A program made the position numbers and the translations under genes. Below the pieces are notes generated by a model. The model was not told the origin of the DNA, did not search any database, and saw nothing but the letters and a program-made list of their open reading frames with translations. A stretch of 64,000 nt of DNA from an uncultured delta proteobacterium (GTDB lineage Bacteria; Myxococcota_A; Polyangia; Palsa-1104), in assembly GCA_963785725.1 (NCBI GenBank), contig CAWAWS010000029.1, forward strand, positions 1-64,000, read 5' to 3'. Shown here piece after piece: positions 21,915 through 31,444 of this stretch. Each line of letters starts with the position of its first letter. Position 1 is the first letter of the stretch.

Positions 21915-23255
21915 TTACGTCAGCGGCGCGCCCGGCGGCGGGCAGGACACGCAGAGATCGATCTCGACGGCGAGGCCGCCGCTCGCGCGATTGCGCAGCG
22001 CGATGTGTCCCGCGTGCTGCTCGACGAGCGCGCGCACGATCGTGAGCCCGAGGCCCGAGCCTTTGGCCTTCGTCGTGACGCCGGGCTCGAACAGCTGCTG
22101 CAGCTGCGCTTCGGGCACGCCCGGTCCGCGATCGAGCACGCTCAGCCGCACCCGATCGCCGACCGGGACCAGGCGCAGCTCGATCGTTCCGCCGACGGAG
22201 CTGGCGTCGATCGCGTTCTGAATGAGGTTCATCAAGATCTGGTGCAGCTTGCGTGGATCGCCGCGCAGCTCGACCGACCGCAGATTGCGCGTGTCGAAGC
22301 TGATGCGTTTGTCGTTCGCCAGCCCCGCGTGCAGATCGACGACGTCGAGGATGACGGTGCGCAGATCGATCTCGGCCAGCGACAACGGCGTCAGCGGGCG
22401 CGAGAAGTTCAAGAACGCTTCCAGCTTGCCTTGCATGCGATCGACTTCGGTCGACAGCACCTCGAGCCGCTCGGGCGCGCGCGCGGGATCGAGCTTCATC
22501 AGCGCCGCCAAGCCCTTGATGCTCGCCAGCGGGTTCTTCAGCTCGTGCGCGATCTCGGCCGAGAAGATGGTCAGCTCGCGCAGCCGCTCGTCGTGCGTGC
22601 GCAGCGTCTCGTCGCGCGCGGCCAACGAGCGGCGCAGCATTTCGTCGCTGGCGGCGCGCAGCGCGCGGCCGATCGTGTAGGCGGCGACGATGAGTGACGT
22701 CATGATCGCGGCGTAGACGAGCGCGTGGCGCGCGCCGTGCGCGACACCGTCGAGCGCGCTGGGCGCGTGCGCGCTGGCGGTCACTTCGAGCAGCGTCAGG
22801 AGCCAGGTGTAGCCGATGAACGCGGCCGTCGTGCACAGCGCGATGGGCCGCTCGAACCACAGCGGCGCCGACACGACCACGACGAGCACGAACGGAAACA
22901 GCGGGCTCTCGAGGCCGCCCGACAGCGCGACCAGGTGGGCGCCGACGAGCCAGCGCGCGCAGGTCGCGATGCTCGGCCGCAAGATCGGGCGCGCCAAGTG
23001 AATGAGCAGCAGCATCGTCAGATCGATGGCCGCGCACATCCGACGCATCGGATCGTTGGCCGTGAGCGCGACGTAGGCCGCGACCCCGACGAACGCCGGC
23101 TCGAGCAGCAGCAGCTTGGCCCAGCGCGCGGTGGCGTAGCTGACGCGCAGCGCGTCGCCGCGGATCTGCTCGAAGTCTTCCGGCGGCGCGCCACGAACCG
23201 CGCGCAGCGGCGGCACCGGCAGGCTCGGCTGCGGAACCACGAGCGCAGTCTTCAT
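21915..23255 (-). CDS. Membrane sensor histidine kinase
   Basis: Multiple TMs; H-box EIAHELKNPLASI; N-box NLIQNAIDA; DRGPG; GSGLGL. Confidence 0.93.
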   Translation of the reverse strand: MKTALVVPQPSLPVPPLRAVRGAPPEDFEQIRGDALRVSYATARWAKLLLLEPAFVGVAAYVALTANDPMRRMCAAIDLTMLLLIHLARPILRPSIATCARWLVGAHLVALSGGLESPLFPFVLVVVVSAPLWFERPIALCTTAAFIGYTWLLTLLEVTASAHAPSALDGVAHGARHALVYAAIMTSLIVAAYTIGRALRAASDEMLRRSLAARDETLRTHDERLRELTIFSAEIAHELKNPLASIKGLAALMKLDPARAPERLEVLSTEVDRMQGKLEAFLNFSRPLTPLSLAEIDLRTVILDVVDLHAGLANDKRISFDTRNLRSVELRGDPRKLHQILMNLIQNAIDASSVGGTIELRLVPVGDRVRLSVLDRGPGVPEAQLQQLFEPGVTTKAKGSGLGLTIVRALVEQHAGHIALRNRASGGLAVEIDLCVSCPPPGAPLT

Positions 23256-23697
23256 GTGCGACACACGTTGCTCGCGTGGCCGAGAGTGGCGCGATCGATC
23301 CAGCGCACGCGCTGCGAATCTCCTGCGTGGTGGCCCGAACGAAGGTCGGAGTGGCTTGCGTCGAGCGGGCGGGTGCGCATGAAACCGCGGGCAATGTGAG
23401 GCCGGAGCGGACGCGCCGCAATGATTAATTCGTGCCGTGCGACACTCGGCGCAATCGAGCCGCGATTACGGTCGCGATAACGCGTACGAATCGCGCGCGT
23501 AGGGCCTGCGTTCCTCATTATTCGAATATCCGTGGGCGTCGAGGAAACGGCGCTGCGAATGGTGATTCGATGCACGCGAATTCGAATTGGTTTCGCCGTC
23601 GCGGTTTTGAACGACCTGTCGAAGTTTTCACCAGCCACTGACACGACACCGACCTATCGACACGCCTGAATGCCGCATTTCACGCGGGTTTCACGCA

Positions 23698-23714
23698 TGG
23701 GCACGACGCTTGCG
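23698..23714 (+). promoter_or_regulatory. Sigma54 promoter (GGCACG-N4-TTGC)
   Basis: GG at 23700-01, N10, GC at 23712-13 (TGGGCACGACGCTTGCG), about 90 nt before the glycosyltransferase start. Confidence 0.75.
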
Positions 23715-23801
23715 AAGGGGCGAGCGAGGAAGCGATGCGCTGCCGAACAGGCGCGCACAGCGTGCGGCAAATCGCGCGCGAGGTTTTCGAGGAGGTTCGT
23801 G

Positions 23802-25160
23802 ATGCGCAAGGTTTTTGGAATCACCGCTGCCGTCGCCGTGTTGGCGCTCGGTTACGCCTATTTCGTCGATCCGCGGTTCATCTGGCTGGGCTCGACGGCG
23901 ACCGACCTGGCGATTCTCGGCGGGCTGGCGAAGCTGACGGCGCTGCCGGGCTTGCTGGCGCTCGCGGGCATCGCGGTGCTGATGGCGAGCTGGCGTTGGC
24001 ATCAGCAGCTGGCGTTGGCGGTGGCGCCGCTCGATCATGACGACGCCGTGCATTTGGTTCGTTATCCATCGGTGACGATCGTTCGTCCGGTGCGCGGTCG
24101 CGATGTCGGCGCGGAAGACAATTTTCGCGCGGCGCTCGACACCGGTTATCCCGGCGACGTCGAGACGCTGTTCGTGTTCGACGACCATAACGACCCGGGA
24201 TTGCCGGTCGCGCGCGCGGTCGTGGCCGAGCATCGCGCGGCACGCCGTCCCGGGCGCGCCGAGGTCGTCGTCGCCGGCGCGCCGCCGCCGGGGCGGACGG
24301 GCAAGTTGAACGCGATGATCGTCGGCGCCGAGCGCGCCACCGGCTCGCTCATCGGATTCGGGGACTCCGACACGCGGCCGGATCACGATGTGTTGCGCGG
24401 CGTGGTCGAGGCGCTGAAGACGACGCCGGGCGCGGGCGCGGCCTTCGCGCCGGTACTGGTGAATCAGGCGCCGACGGCGGCGGGCGACGCGCTGTACGCG
24501 ATCATGCAGAATGCGATGTATTCGCCGTTGGCGGCGCAGGCGGCGGGACCGAAGCGGACGCTGCCGTTCATCATGGGGCAGCTCATGGTGTTCGAGCGCT
24601 CGGCGCTGGACGCGATCGGCGGCGTGCGCGCGGCGCAAGGGCAGCTGGTCGACGACATGGCGATCGGGCGCGCGCTGCACGAGGCGGGCTATTTGAATGT
24701 CATGAGCCGCGCGCCGCTGCACATCGCGACGGGTGGCATGTCGTTGGCCGAGTTCATCCCGGTTTATCGTCGCTGGATGCTGTTCTCGAAGAATGGGCTG
24801 CCGCTGTCGTTCACGTGGCGGCAGTGGATGACGGGCGTGGCGTTTTACGGCGCGCTCGTGATGGCGATGGCGGCGTTCGCGACCGGCGGCTGGGCGGCGG
24901 CGCTGCCGGCGCTGGCGGCGGTCGGGTTCGTCGGCGCGAGCCAGCTCGTGTTGCAGCGGCGCTACGGTGGCGCGGCGATCCCGTGGCGGATGGCGTGGAC
25001 GGCGTGGGGCGTGTTCCTGCTGGCGCCGGCGATCATGGTGTCGACGTGGATTCGGCGCGACGTGGCTTGGCGCGGCCGGGTGTACACGGTCGACACGAAG
25101 GCGGCGCTGGCGACGGCGGGCGGCCACGAGCCGCTCGCGGCCGGACGCCGCGTGGCGTAG
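23802..25160 (+). CDS. GT2/GT21 glycosyltransferase (ceramide glucosyltransferase/HpnI-like)
   Basis: RPVRG, FDDHNDPG, GKLNAM, DSD, DDMAIG, RRW motifs; TMs at both ends; GAGGAGG RBS. Confidence 0.85.
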   Translation: MRKVFGITAAVAVLALGYAYFVDPRFIWLGSTATDLAILGGLAKLTALPGLLALAGIAVLMASWRWHQQLALAVAPLDHDDAVHLVRYPSVTIVRPVRGRDVGAEDNFRAALDTGYPGDVETLFVFDDHNDPGLPVARAVVAEHRAARRPGRAEVVVAGAPPPGRTGKLNAMIVGAERATGSLIGFGDSDTRPDHDVLRGVVEALKTTPGAGAAFAPVLVNQAPTAAGDALYAIMQNAMYSPLAAQAAGPKRTLPFIMGQLMVFERSALDAIGGVRAAQGQLVDDMAIGRALHEAGYLNVMSRAPLHIATGGMSLAEFIPVYRRWMLFSKNGLPLSFTWRQWMTGVAFYGALVMAMAAFATGGWAAALPALAAVGFVGASQLVLQRRYGGAAIPWRMAWTAWGVFLLAPAIMVSTWIRRDVAWRGRVYTVDTKAALATAGGHEPLAAGRRVA

Positions 25161-25577
25161 GTCGCGACGGCGGTCCGCGTCGGCGGCTCGTTCGACTCCT
25201 CCGCTCGTGTCCTGCGCACATGATTCGCGTTCGTCTCAATCTGCGCGCGCTCGCCGGCAGCCACCGCGCGGTCGCTATCGGGCAGTCGACCGCGACCGCG
25301 CGTTCGCCGTCAGCCATCGCGCGTTTGCTGTCAGGCAATCGACCGCGCGTTCGCCTCACGCGCGTCACCGATCATGGTCTGACGAACGCGTTCGGATTTT
25401 CGGCGGTCGAGACGGACGCGCGGTCGCTCAGGCCGTGGTTACGCTTCCCGGCGCACGCCTTCAGGCGCGCCGGGTGACCACAGTCGCGCAGGTGCGGCAT
25501 TGCGTCGCAGTGATCTCGTGGTCCGAACGTGTCAGGATAAAGGCGATGTCTCAGGCTCACTCTTTCGCTGGACGGCC

Positions 25578-25844
25578 ATGACCCGCTGCCCTCGCTGCGG
25601 TGGCGCGCTCGCCGACAAGGCCACGAGCTGCGTCGATTGCGCTCGACCCGTGACGCTCGACATGACGGCGCGCGTGCCCAAGAAGCTGCCGCGTCGCGAC
25701 CGTCGCCCGCTCATCCGCGACGCCATCCTGCTCGTCGGCGGCGTCGGCGGAATCGTCGCCGCCGGAACCGCCGAGAACTGGCTCATCGCCGCCAGCATCG
25801 TCCTCGCCGCGCTGCTCGCCGCGCTCATCATCCAATACGCCTGA
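25578..25844 (+). CDS. Small zinc-ribbon membrane protein
   Basis: CPRCG...CVDC followed by two hydrophobic segments. Confidence 0.65.
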   Translation: MTRCPRCGGALADKATSCVDCARPVTLDMTARVPKKLPRRDRRPLIRDAILLVGGVGGIVAAGTAENWLIAASIVLAALLAALIIQYA

Positions 25845-25859
25845 CCATCGGAACGCGAT

Positions 25860-26060
25860 TGGTCAACCAGCTTGATCATTCGGTCAACCCAGTTGACCAT
25901 TTAGTCAAGACGGTTGACGATCCGTTCGGGCGTCGCGCCGTTCGTCCTGGAGTAGTCAGGTCGCTTGACGAAGTGGTCAATCGACTTGACGAAGTAGTCA
26001 GGTCGCTTGACGAAGTGGTCAATCGACTTGACGAAGTGGTCAGGTGGCTTGACGAAGTGG
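25860..26060. repeat. 21-bp periodic array of GTCA(A/G)-N5-TTGAC palindromes (3 + 5 units)
   Basis: Cores at 25862, 25883, 25904 and at 25955, 25976, 25997, 26018, 26039; the second block alternates two unit types. Confidence 0.9.
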
Positions 26061-26067
26061 GTGACGG

Positions 26068-26688
26068 TCAGCAGTGGCCGCCGCATTCGGGGACGCTGGC
26101 GACGTTCGTCTGCTGACGGACCTGTTTGCGGACGCCCTCGAACAGCTTGGGCAGATCCTTGGCGGCGCCGCCCGAGACCATCCATTGCGGGATCGAGCCG
26201 GCCATGTCGATGCGTACGCGATAGACCGCGTGCGTGGCCTGGCCGTCGCGAATGGGCGTCAATTCCCAGCCGCCCGTCAGCGTCGAGACGCGGACGGCGC
26301 CGGGACGCGGGCCGGGGCCGCGCGAGTTGTCGACGACGAAGTGGGTCCAGAGCGTGCCGCCGTGCTGGCCCCAGTCGGCGCGCATGGTGTAGTCGCGGTC
26401 GGAGACGATCGGCAGCTTGAGCCGCTGATAGACGACGAGCTCGCGCGGCTTCGTCTGCAGGACCTTGCTCTCGGCCAGGTGGTCGGTGAGCGCTTGGGCG
26501 TGGGCATAGTCGAGCAGCACCGAGCGAACCCGCGCCGGCGGCGCCTCGATGTCGCCTTCGGCCAGCAGGTCGATCGTCGGCGACTTCTCCTGGCGGAAGA
26601 CCTCGACGCCATGCTTGCCGCCGACGTGCTTGTAGCCCGGTGTGCCGCTAGCCACGAGCAGTGGCACGAGGACAAGCCATTGCAGCAT
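26068..26688 (-). CDS. Exported START/SRPBCC-domain lipid-binding protein
   Basis: YQRLKLPIVSDRDY, GGWELTP, DMAGSIPQWMV; GGAGG RBS; signal-like N-terminus. Confidence 0.8.
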   Translation of the reverse strand: MLQWLVLVPLLVASGTPGYKHVGGKHGVEVFRQEKSPTIDLLAEGDIEAPPARVRSVLLDYAHAQALTDHLAESKVLQTKPRELVVYQRLKLPIVSDRDYTMRADWGQHGGTLWTHFVVDNSRGPGPRPGAVRVSTLTGGWELTPIRDGQATHAVYRVRIDMAGSIPQWMVSGGAAKDLPKLFEGVRKQVRQQTNVASVPECGGHC

Positions 26689-27042
26689 CGAGCACCTCCG
26701 ATCGATGTAGCTGCATGTCGGGTGCCGCAATGAGCAGTCGCGCTGCATCCGAGCGCTGCCAAGGTGCGGAAAAGAGGTTCGCCATCGACGGAATCCGGTC
26801 GCGTTCGCTGGTCGCTCGCGCTTCTCGACATCGGTTGGCCACCTCACGCCGCCGGTCGCGTTCGCGCGTCGCCTGCAGCGCCCGACATGGCCGCCGGTCG
26901 GTCACATCGCGCGGCTCGCCGGCGGCCGCCGCCAGCTCGGCACGCCACGTTCGCGCGTCGCCGGTCGTCGCGAAATCGGCCGCAGTTCCGCGCCGTCGCG
27001 CCCACATCGTGCGCGCGTCGAACCAAAAGTCGCCGCCGGCGC

Positions 27043-27069
27043 TCAACTTCACGGGCATCGGGCCGATGC
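27043..27069 (+). promoter_or_regulatory. Sigma28 (FliA) promoter of motAB-1
   Basis: TCAA-N15-GCCGATGC, ending 9 nt before the ATG. Confidence 0.7.
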
Positions 27070-27078
27070 ATTGTTGGC

Positions 27079-27936
27079 ATGTTCTCCGTCATCGGAATCG
27101 TCGTCGTTTTCGGCGCAGTCATCGGCGGCTTCATGCTGTCCGGCGGCCCGCTGCCCGTTCTCATTCAACCGAACGAGCTCATCGTCATCGGCGGCGCCGC
27201 GCTCGGCACGCTGATCATCGGCGCGCCTGGAAAGATGCGCAGCCGGCTGCTCGTCGCGCTCAAGAAGTCGTTCTCGGGCTCGCTGCCGACGAAAGCCGAT
27301 TACCTCGAGCTCTTGAAGATGCAGTTCGAGGTCATGGCCTTCATTCGTAAGAACGGCGCCATCGCGCTCGAGAGTCACTTGGCCGAGATCGAGAAGAGCG
27401 ACATCTTCAAGAAGTATCCGACGTTCCTCAAGAACCATCACGCGCTCGATTTCTATCGCGATGCGCTGCGCCAAGTCGTCAACGGCGTGTCGGTCGACGA
27501 TCTCTCGCAGCTGCTCGACGCGGAAATGGACGTGCACCACGAAGAAGCGCACTTGCCGATCGGCCTCATCAAGACGACGGGCGACGCGCTGCCGGGCCTC
27601 GGCATCGTCGCGGCCGTGCTCGGCATCGTCATCACGATGGGTCACCTCGACGGCGGCGCCGAGGAGATCGGTCACCACGTGGCGGCGGCGCTCGTCGGCA
27701 CGTTCCTCGGCATCCTCATGTGCTACGGGCTCTTGCAGCCGCTGGCGACCAACTTGGAAATGCAGGGCACGGGCGAGACGAAGTATCTCGTGTGCTTGAA
27801 AGAGGGCTTGCTCGCGTCGATGCGCGGCTCGTCGCCGATGTTCGCCGTCGAGTTCGCGCGCAAAGCGCTCTTCTCGGATGAGCGGCCGACTTCGGACGAG
27901 ACCGAAGCGGCGTGCAAGTCACTCAAGGGTGGCTAA
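27079..27936 (+). CDS. motA: Flagellar stator protein MotA (enteric-type)
   Basis: QPNELIVIGGAALG, IRKNGAIALE (R90/E98 equivalents), DALPGLGIVAAVLG, AAALVGTFLGI. Confidence 0.95.
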   Translation: MFSVIGIVVVFGAVIGGFMLSGGPLPVLIQPNELIVIGGAALGTLIIGAPGKMRSRLLVALKKSFSGSLPTKADYLELLKMQFEVMAFIRKNGAIALESHLAEIEKSDIFKKYPTFLKNHHALDFYRDALRQVVNGVSVDDLSQLLDAEMDVHHEEAHLPIGLIKTTGDALPGLGIVAAVLGIVITMGHLDGGAEEIGHHVAAALVGTFLGILMCYGLLQPLATNLEMQGTGETKYLVCLKEGLLASMRGSSPMFAVEFARKALFSDERPTSDETEAACKSLKGG

Positions 27937-29387
27937 TGGCCGCGGCCGAGGAAAAGCCGAAGCTCCGCATCATCGTCAAGAAGAAGGGTGGTCACGGCCA
28001 TCACGGCGGCGCGTGGAAGGTCGCGTACGCTGACTTCGTCACGGCGATGATGGCGCTGTTCATGGTGCTTTGGCTGCTCTCGGTCGCCGATCCCAAGACC
28101 AAGAAAGACATCGCGCGCTATTTCCGCGATCCCGGCTTCTTGCAGGGCGGCTCGGCCATGATCGTGCCCGGCGACGACGGCGGGCAGAGCGGCAAGCCCG
28201 CGGTCATGCAGTCGGCGCCGTCGCCGGAAGCGCAGGCCAAGCGGGCGGCGGAAGCGGAAGAGGCGACGCTGCAAAAAGAGGCGAAGGCGCTCAAGGCGGA
28301 GCTCGATCGCGCGGCGTCGGAGTCGACGGAGATGGCCGACTTGCGCAAGCAGGTCATCGTGACGGTGGCGCCCGAAGGGTTGCAGATTCAGCTGGTCGAT
28401 AAAGACGGCGATCACGATTTGCTGTTCAATTTGGCGTCGGCGGAGCTGAAGCCGGCGTTGGTGGCGCTGCTCAAGCACATCGCGGGGACGCTGGCGAAGA
28501 TCGATAATCCGCTGGTCATCGGCGGGCATACGGATGCGCGGGCGTTCGTGCATGGCGCGGGCAAGACGAACTGGGATCTGTCGTACGAGCGGGCGAGCGC
28601 GGCGCGGAAGATCCTCGAGGTCGGGCCGCTCGTGGGGCGCGTGCATCGGGTGACGGCGTATGGCAGCTCCGAGCCGTTCAATATGGAGAATCCGAACGCG
28701 GCGGAGAATCGGCGGTTGACGCTGGTGGCGCTGCGGAAGTTCAAGGTCGTGGCGCCGTCGGAGCAGGCGACGGCGGACAAGGCGAGCGCCGACGACCGGC
28801 TGGGGGCGGCGGGCAAGGTGGGGATGGCAGCGACGGCAGCGCCGGCAGTGCCTGAGAAGGCGCAGGGCGAGAAGGGCGCGGCTGACAAAGGCGCGGCCGA
28901 CAAAGGCGCGAACGACAAGGGCGCGAACGACAAGGGCGCGGCCGACAAAGGCGCGGCCGACAAAGGTGCGATCGAGAAAGGCGCGGCCGACAAAGGCGCG
29001 GTCGACAAAGGCGCGGCCGACAAAGGCGCGATCGAGAAAGGCGCGGCCGACAAAGGCGCGGTCGACAAAGCTGCGGTCGACAAAGGTGCGGCTGAGAAGG
29101 GCGCGGCCGACAAAGGCGCGGTCGACAAAGGCGCGGTCGACAAAGGCGCGGCCGACAAAGGCGCGATCGAGAAAGGCGCGGCCGACAAAGGCGCGGTCGA
29201 CAAAGCTGCGGTCGACAAAGGCGCGGCTGAGAAGGGCGCGGCTGACAAAGGCGCGAAGGCGACGGCGGAGAAGCCGCCGCTGCAGATTACGGCCGAGAAA
29301 GTCGCGGCGGCGCGGGCGGCTGCCGATAAAGTCGTGACCGCCAGGGCTGCCGATAAAGTCGTGACCGCCAAGACTGCCGAGAGATAG
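27936..29387 (+). CDS. motB: Flagellar stator protein MotB with a long C-terminal repeat tail
   Basis: GGAWKVAYADFVTAMMALF; OmpA-like GHTD...NWDLSYERA...NRR. Confidence 0.93.
   Translation: MAAAEEKPKLRIIVKKKGGHGHHGGAWKVAYADFVTAMMALFMVLWLLSVADPKTKKDIARYFRDPGFLQGGSAMIVPGDDGGQSGKPAVMQSAPSPEAQAKRAAEAEEATLQKEAKALKAELDRAASESTEMADLRKQVIVTVAPEGLQIQLVDKDGDHDLLFNLASAELKPALVALLKHIAGTLAKIDNPLVIGGHTDARAFVHGAGKTNWDLSYERASAARKILEVGPLVGRVHRVTAYGSSEPFNMENPNAAENRRLTLVALRKFKVVAPSEQATADKASADDRLGAAGKVGMAATAAPAVPEKAQGEKGAADKGAADKGANDKGANDKGAADKGAADKGAIEKGAADKGAVDKGAADKGAIEKGAADKGAVDKAAVDKGAAEKGAADKGAVDKGAVDKGAADKGAIEKGAADKGAVDKAAVDKGAAEKGAADKGAKATAEKPPLQITAEKVAAARAAADKVVTARAADKVVTAKTAER
28866..29255 (+). repeat. 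26 x 15-bp coding repeat (xDKGA/xEKGA) in motB
   Basis: GCCGACAAAGGCGCG-type units, in frame, with higher-order blocks. Confidence 0.95.
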
Positions 29388-29849
29388 GCGAGGCTTAGCT
29401 GTTGGCGGCTGCGACTTAGCGGTTGCCTGCATGGCGAGGCGGCACGGGCGCCCGGTGGGCGCGTGCCGGCTCGCTCCGTCGGAGTCGGCCATCGTGGAGT
29501 CGGGCAGGCCGATTCGCGGTTTATCGCGGGCGCATGCGCTCGGCACCCACGCGCGCCGCCAAGAGCACGCAAAAGCAACTCCGCGCGATCAAGCACGCTC
29601 GGTGTTCCAACATCGAGCCTGGTGTGCGTGTTCGGCGCAGCAGTGCGCGCCAAGCCGAGCCTTCGGCGCGCGTGGCCTACGCCTTTCGTGCACGGCGATC
29701 GGCGCGCGTAACATCGCGGGCGGCGTGACGTATTCGGCGGACGCGGCCTTCCGTCGCCGGGCGCCGCCGGGTTTGTCGGCGCGCGTCATCGCGGTCGGCG
29801 GCTGACCTCGCCGCGCCCGCGATTCCCCAGCAAACGCGGCGGAATGCCC

Positions 29850-29876
29850 TCAAGTTCGGTGGAACGCCGTCGATAC
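29850..29876 (+). promoter_or_regulatory. Sigma28 (FliA) promoter of motAB-2/fliL
   Basis: TCAA-N15-GTCGATAC, ending 8 nt before the GTG start. Confidence 0.7.
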
Positions 29877-29884
29877 AACTTACG

Positions 29885-30694
29885 GTGCGCTTCGATCTTT
29901 CATCGCTGATTGGGCTGCTGGTTGCCGGCTGCGCCATCGTGCTCGGGCTGAAGCTCGAGGGCGGGCACCTGTCGTCGATCGCGCAGCCGACAGCGGCGCT
30001 CGTCGTGCTCGGCGGGACGCTCGGCGCCATCGTCACGCAGTTTCCGGTGATGCAGCTGCAGCGGCTGCTCGTCGACCTGCGCCGCATCTTTCGGCCGGCG
30101 CCGTCGAACGAGACGCTGCTCGGCATCATGATGAAGCTCGCCAACAAGGCGCGCCGCGACAGCATCATCGCGCTCGACCGCGATCTGCAGCTGCTCGACG
30201 ACGCTTTTCTGCGCCGCGGGCTCGAGCTGGCCGTCGACGGCGTCGATATTCGCGTCATTCGCGAGACGCTGGAGCGCGAGCTCGATCGCGTCGACGAGCT
30301 CAACGAGCAGTCGGCCAAGGTGCTGGAGTCGGCGGGCGGTTATGCGCCGACGGTCGGCATTCTCGGCGCCGTGCTCGGCCTCATTCACGTCATGGAGCGG
30401 CTGTCCGAGCCGTCGCACCTCGGCGCCGGCATCGCCGTCGCGTTCGTCTCGACCGTGTACGGCGTCGGCTTCGCCAACCTCGTGCTCTTACCGCTCGCCG
30501 GTCGTTTGAAGGCGCGCGCGCGCCAAGAGTCGCTGCGGCTCGAATTGGCGCTCGAAGGCGTCATCGCCATCGCCGAAAAAGAGAGCCCGCGCGCGCTCGA
30601 GCGCCGCCTCGCCGTTTACGTCGACGAACGCCGCAACGGCGCCGATCGCGCGCACGCCAAACAGGCCGTCGAGCGACTGCGGAGCGCGGCGTGA
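29885..30694 (+). CDS. motA: Second stator A subunit (MotC/PomA-like)
   Basis: QPTAALVVLGGTLGA, ESAGGYAPTVGILGAVLGLIHVM, GIAVAFVSTVYGVGFAN. Confidence 0.92.
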   Translation: MRFDLSSLIGLLVAGCAIVLGLKLEGGHLSSIAQPTAALVVLGGTLGAIVTQFPVMQLQRLLVDLRRIFRPAPSNETLLGIMMKLANKARRDSIIALDRDLQLLDDAFLRRGLELAVDGVDIRVIRETLERELDRVDELNEQSAKVLESAGGYAPTVGILGAVLGLIHVMERLSEPSHLGAGIAVAFVSTVYGVGFANLVLLPLAGRLKARARQESLRLELALEGVIAIAEKESPRALERRLAVYVDERRNGADRAHAKQAVERLRSAA

Positions 30695-31425
30695 GCCGGC
30701 GGCGTCGCGAGCCGGAGCCGGCCCATCATGACCGCTGGCTCGTCTCTTACGCCGATCTGATTACGCTGCTCTTCGCCTTCTTTACGGTGCTGTACGCGAT
30801 CTCGACCGTCGATAAGACGAAGGCGCAGCATGCGGCCGAGTCGATGGCTGCCGCCTTGCGCACGGCGCCGACGCCGTCGCCGCCGCAAGCGCCGATCGTC
30901 GCGCCGCCGGCGGTGCTCGCGGCCGAGGCGCCGCCGCCGGTCGCCGTCGTCAATCCGCTGATTCCGCTCGCCAACGAGCTCGCCGAGCTGGCGAAGTCGC
31001 CGGCGCTCAACGGTCGCGTGCAGGTCTCGCTCACGCGGCGCGGCGTCGTCGTCAGCTTGGCCGAGGCCGGCTTCTTCGAGGTCGGCCGCGCCGAGGTGCG
31101 CACCGACGCGCTGCCGGCGCTCGACGAGCTGGCCGGCTCGTTGCGGCATCACGATGACGCTCAGAATCTGCAGCTGACGGTCGAAGGCCATACTGACGAT
31201 CGGCCGATCCATGGTCGTTATCGTTCGAACTGGGAGCTGTCGACGGCGCGGGCGACGGCGGTCGTGGCGCGGCTCGTCGAGCGTCATCACTACGCGCCCG
31301 ATCGTTTGGCAGCGTCGGGTTATGGCGAGTGGCGACCGATGGCACCCAACGACACCGTCGAGGGACGGGCGAAAAATCGACGCGTAGACGTGCTCGTGCG
31401 GCTCGCGGATGGAAGCGAGCCATGA
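30691..31425 (+). CDS. motB: Second stator B subunit (MotD/PomB-like)
   Basis: HDRWLVSYADLITLLFAFF; EGHTDDRP...SNWELSTARA...KNRRVD. Confidence 0.92.
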   Translation: MSRRRREPEPAHHDRWLVSYADLITLLFAFFTVLYAISTVDKTKAQHAAESMAAALRTAPTPSPPQAPIVAPPAVLAAEAPPPVAVVNPLIPLANELAELAKSPALNGRVQVSLTRRGVVVSLAEAGFFEVGRAEVRTDALPALDELAGSLRHHDDAQNLQLTVEGHTDDRPIHGRYRSNWELSTARATAVVARLVERHHYAPDRLAASGYGEWRPMAPNDTVEGRAKNRRVDVLVRLADGSEP

Positions 31426-31444
31426 AAGAAAAAGGGGATTGGCG

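Noticed and set aside
25185..25210. tRNA-like GTTCGACTCC
   Set aside because: The flanks do not form T or acceptor stems.
25860..26060. CRISPR array, or a real coiled-coil CDS (ORFs 25637..26116, 25901..26185)
   Set aside because: The 21-bp period leaves no spacers; the ORFs overlap better-supported genes and lack credible starts.
27933..29653. Minus-strand repeat ORFs (RAFVG/APLSA)
   Set aside because: Antisense readings of the motB repeat.
29388..29849. Gene or structured RNA between the two stator operons
   Set aside because: The ORFs have no recognisable motifs and I could not identify a riboswitch fold; an Rfam search would be needed.
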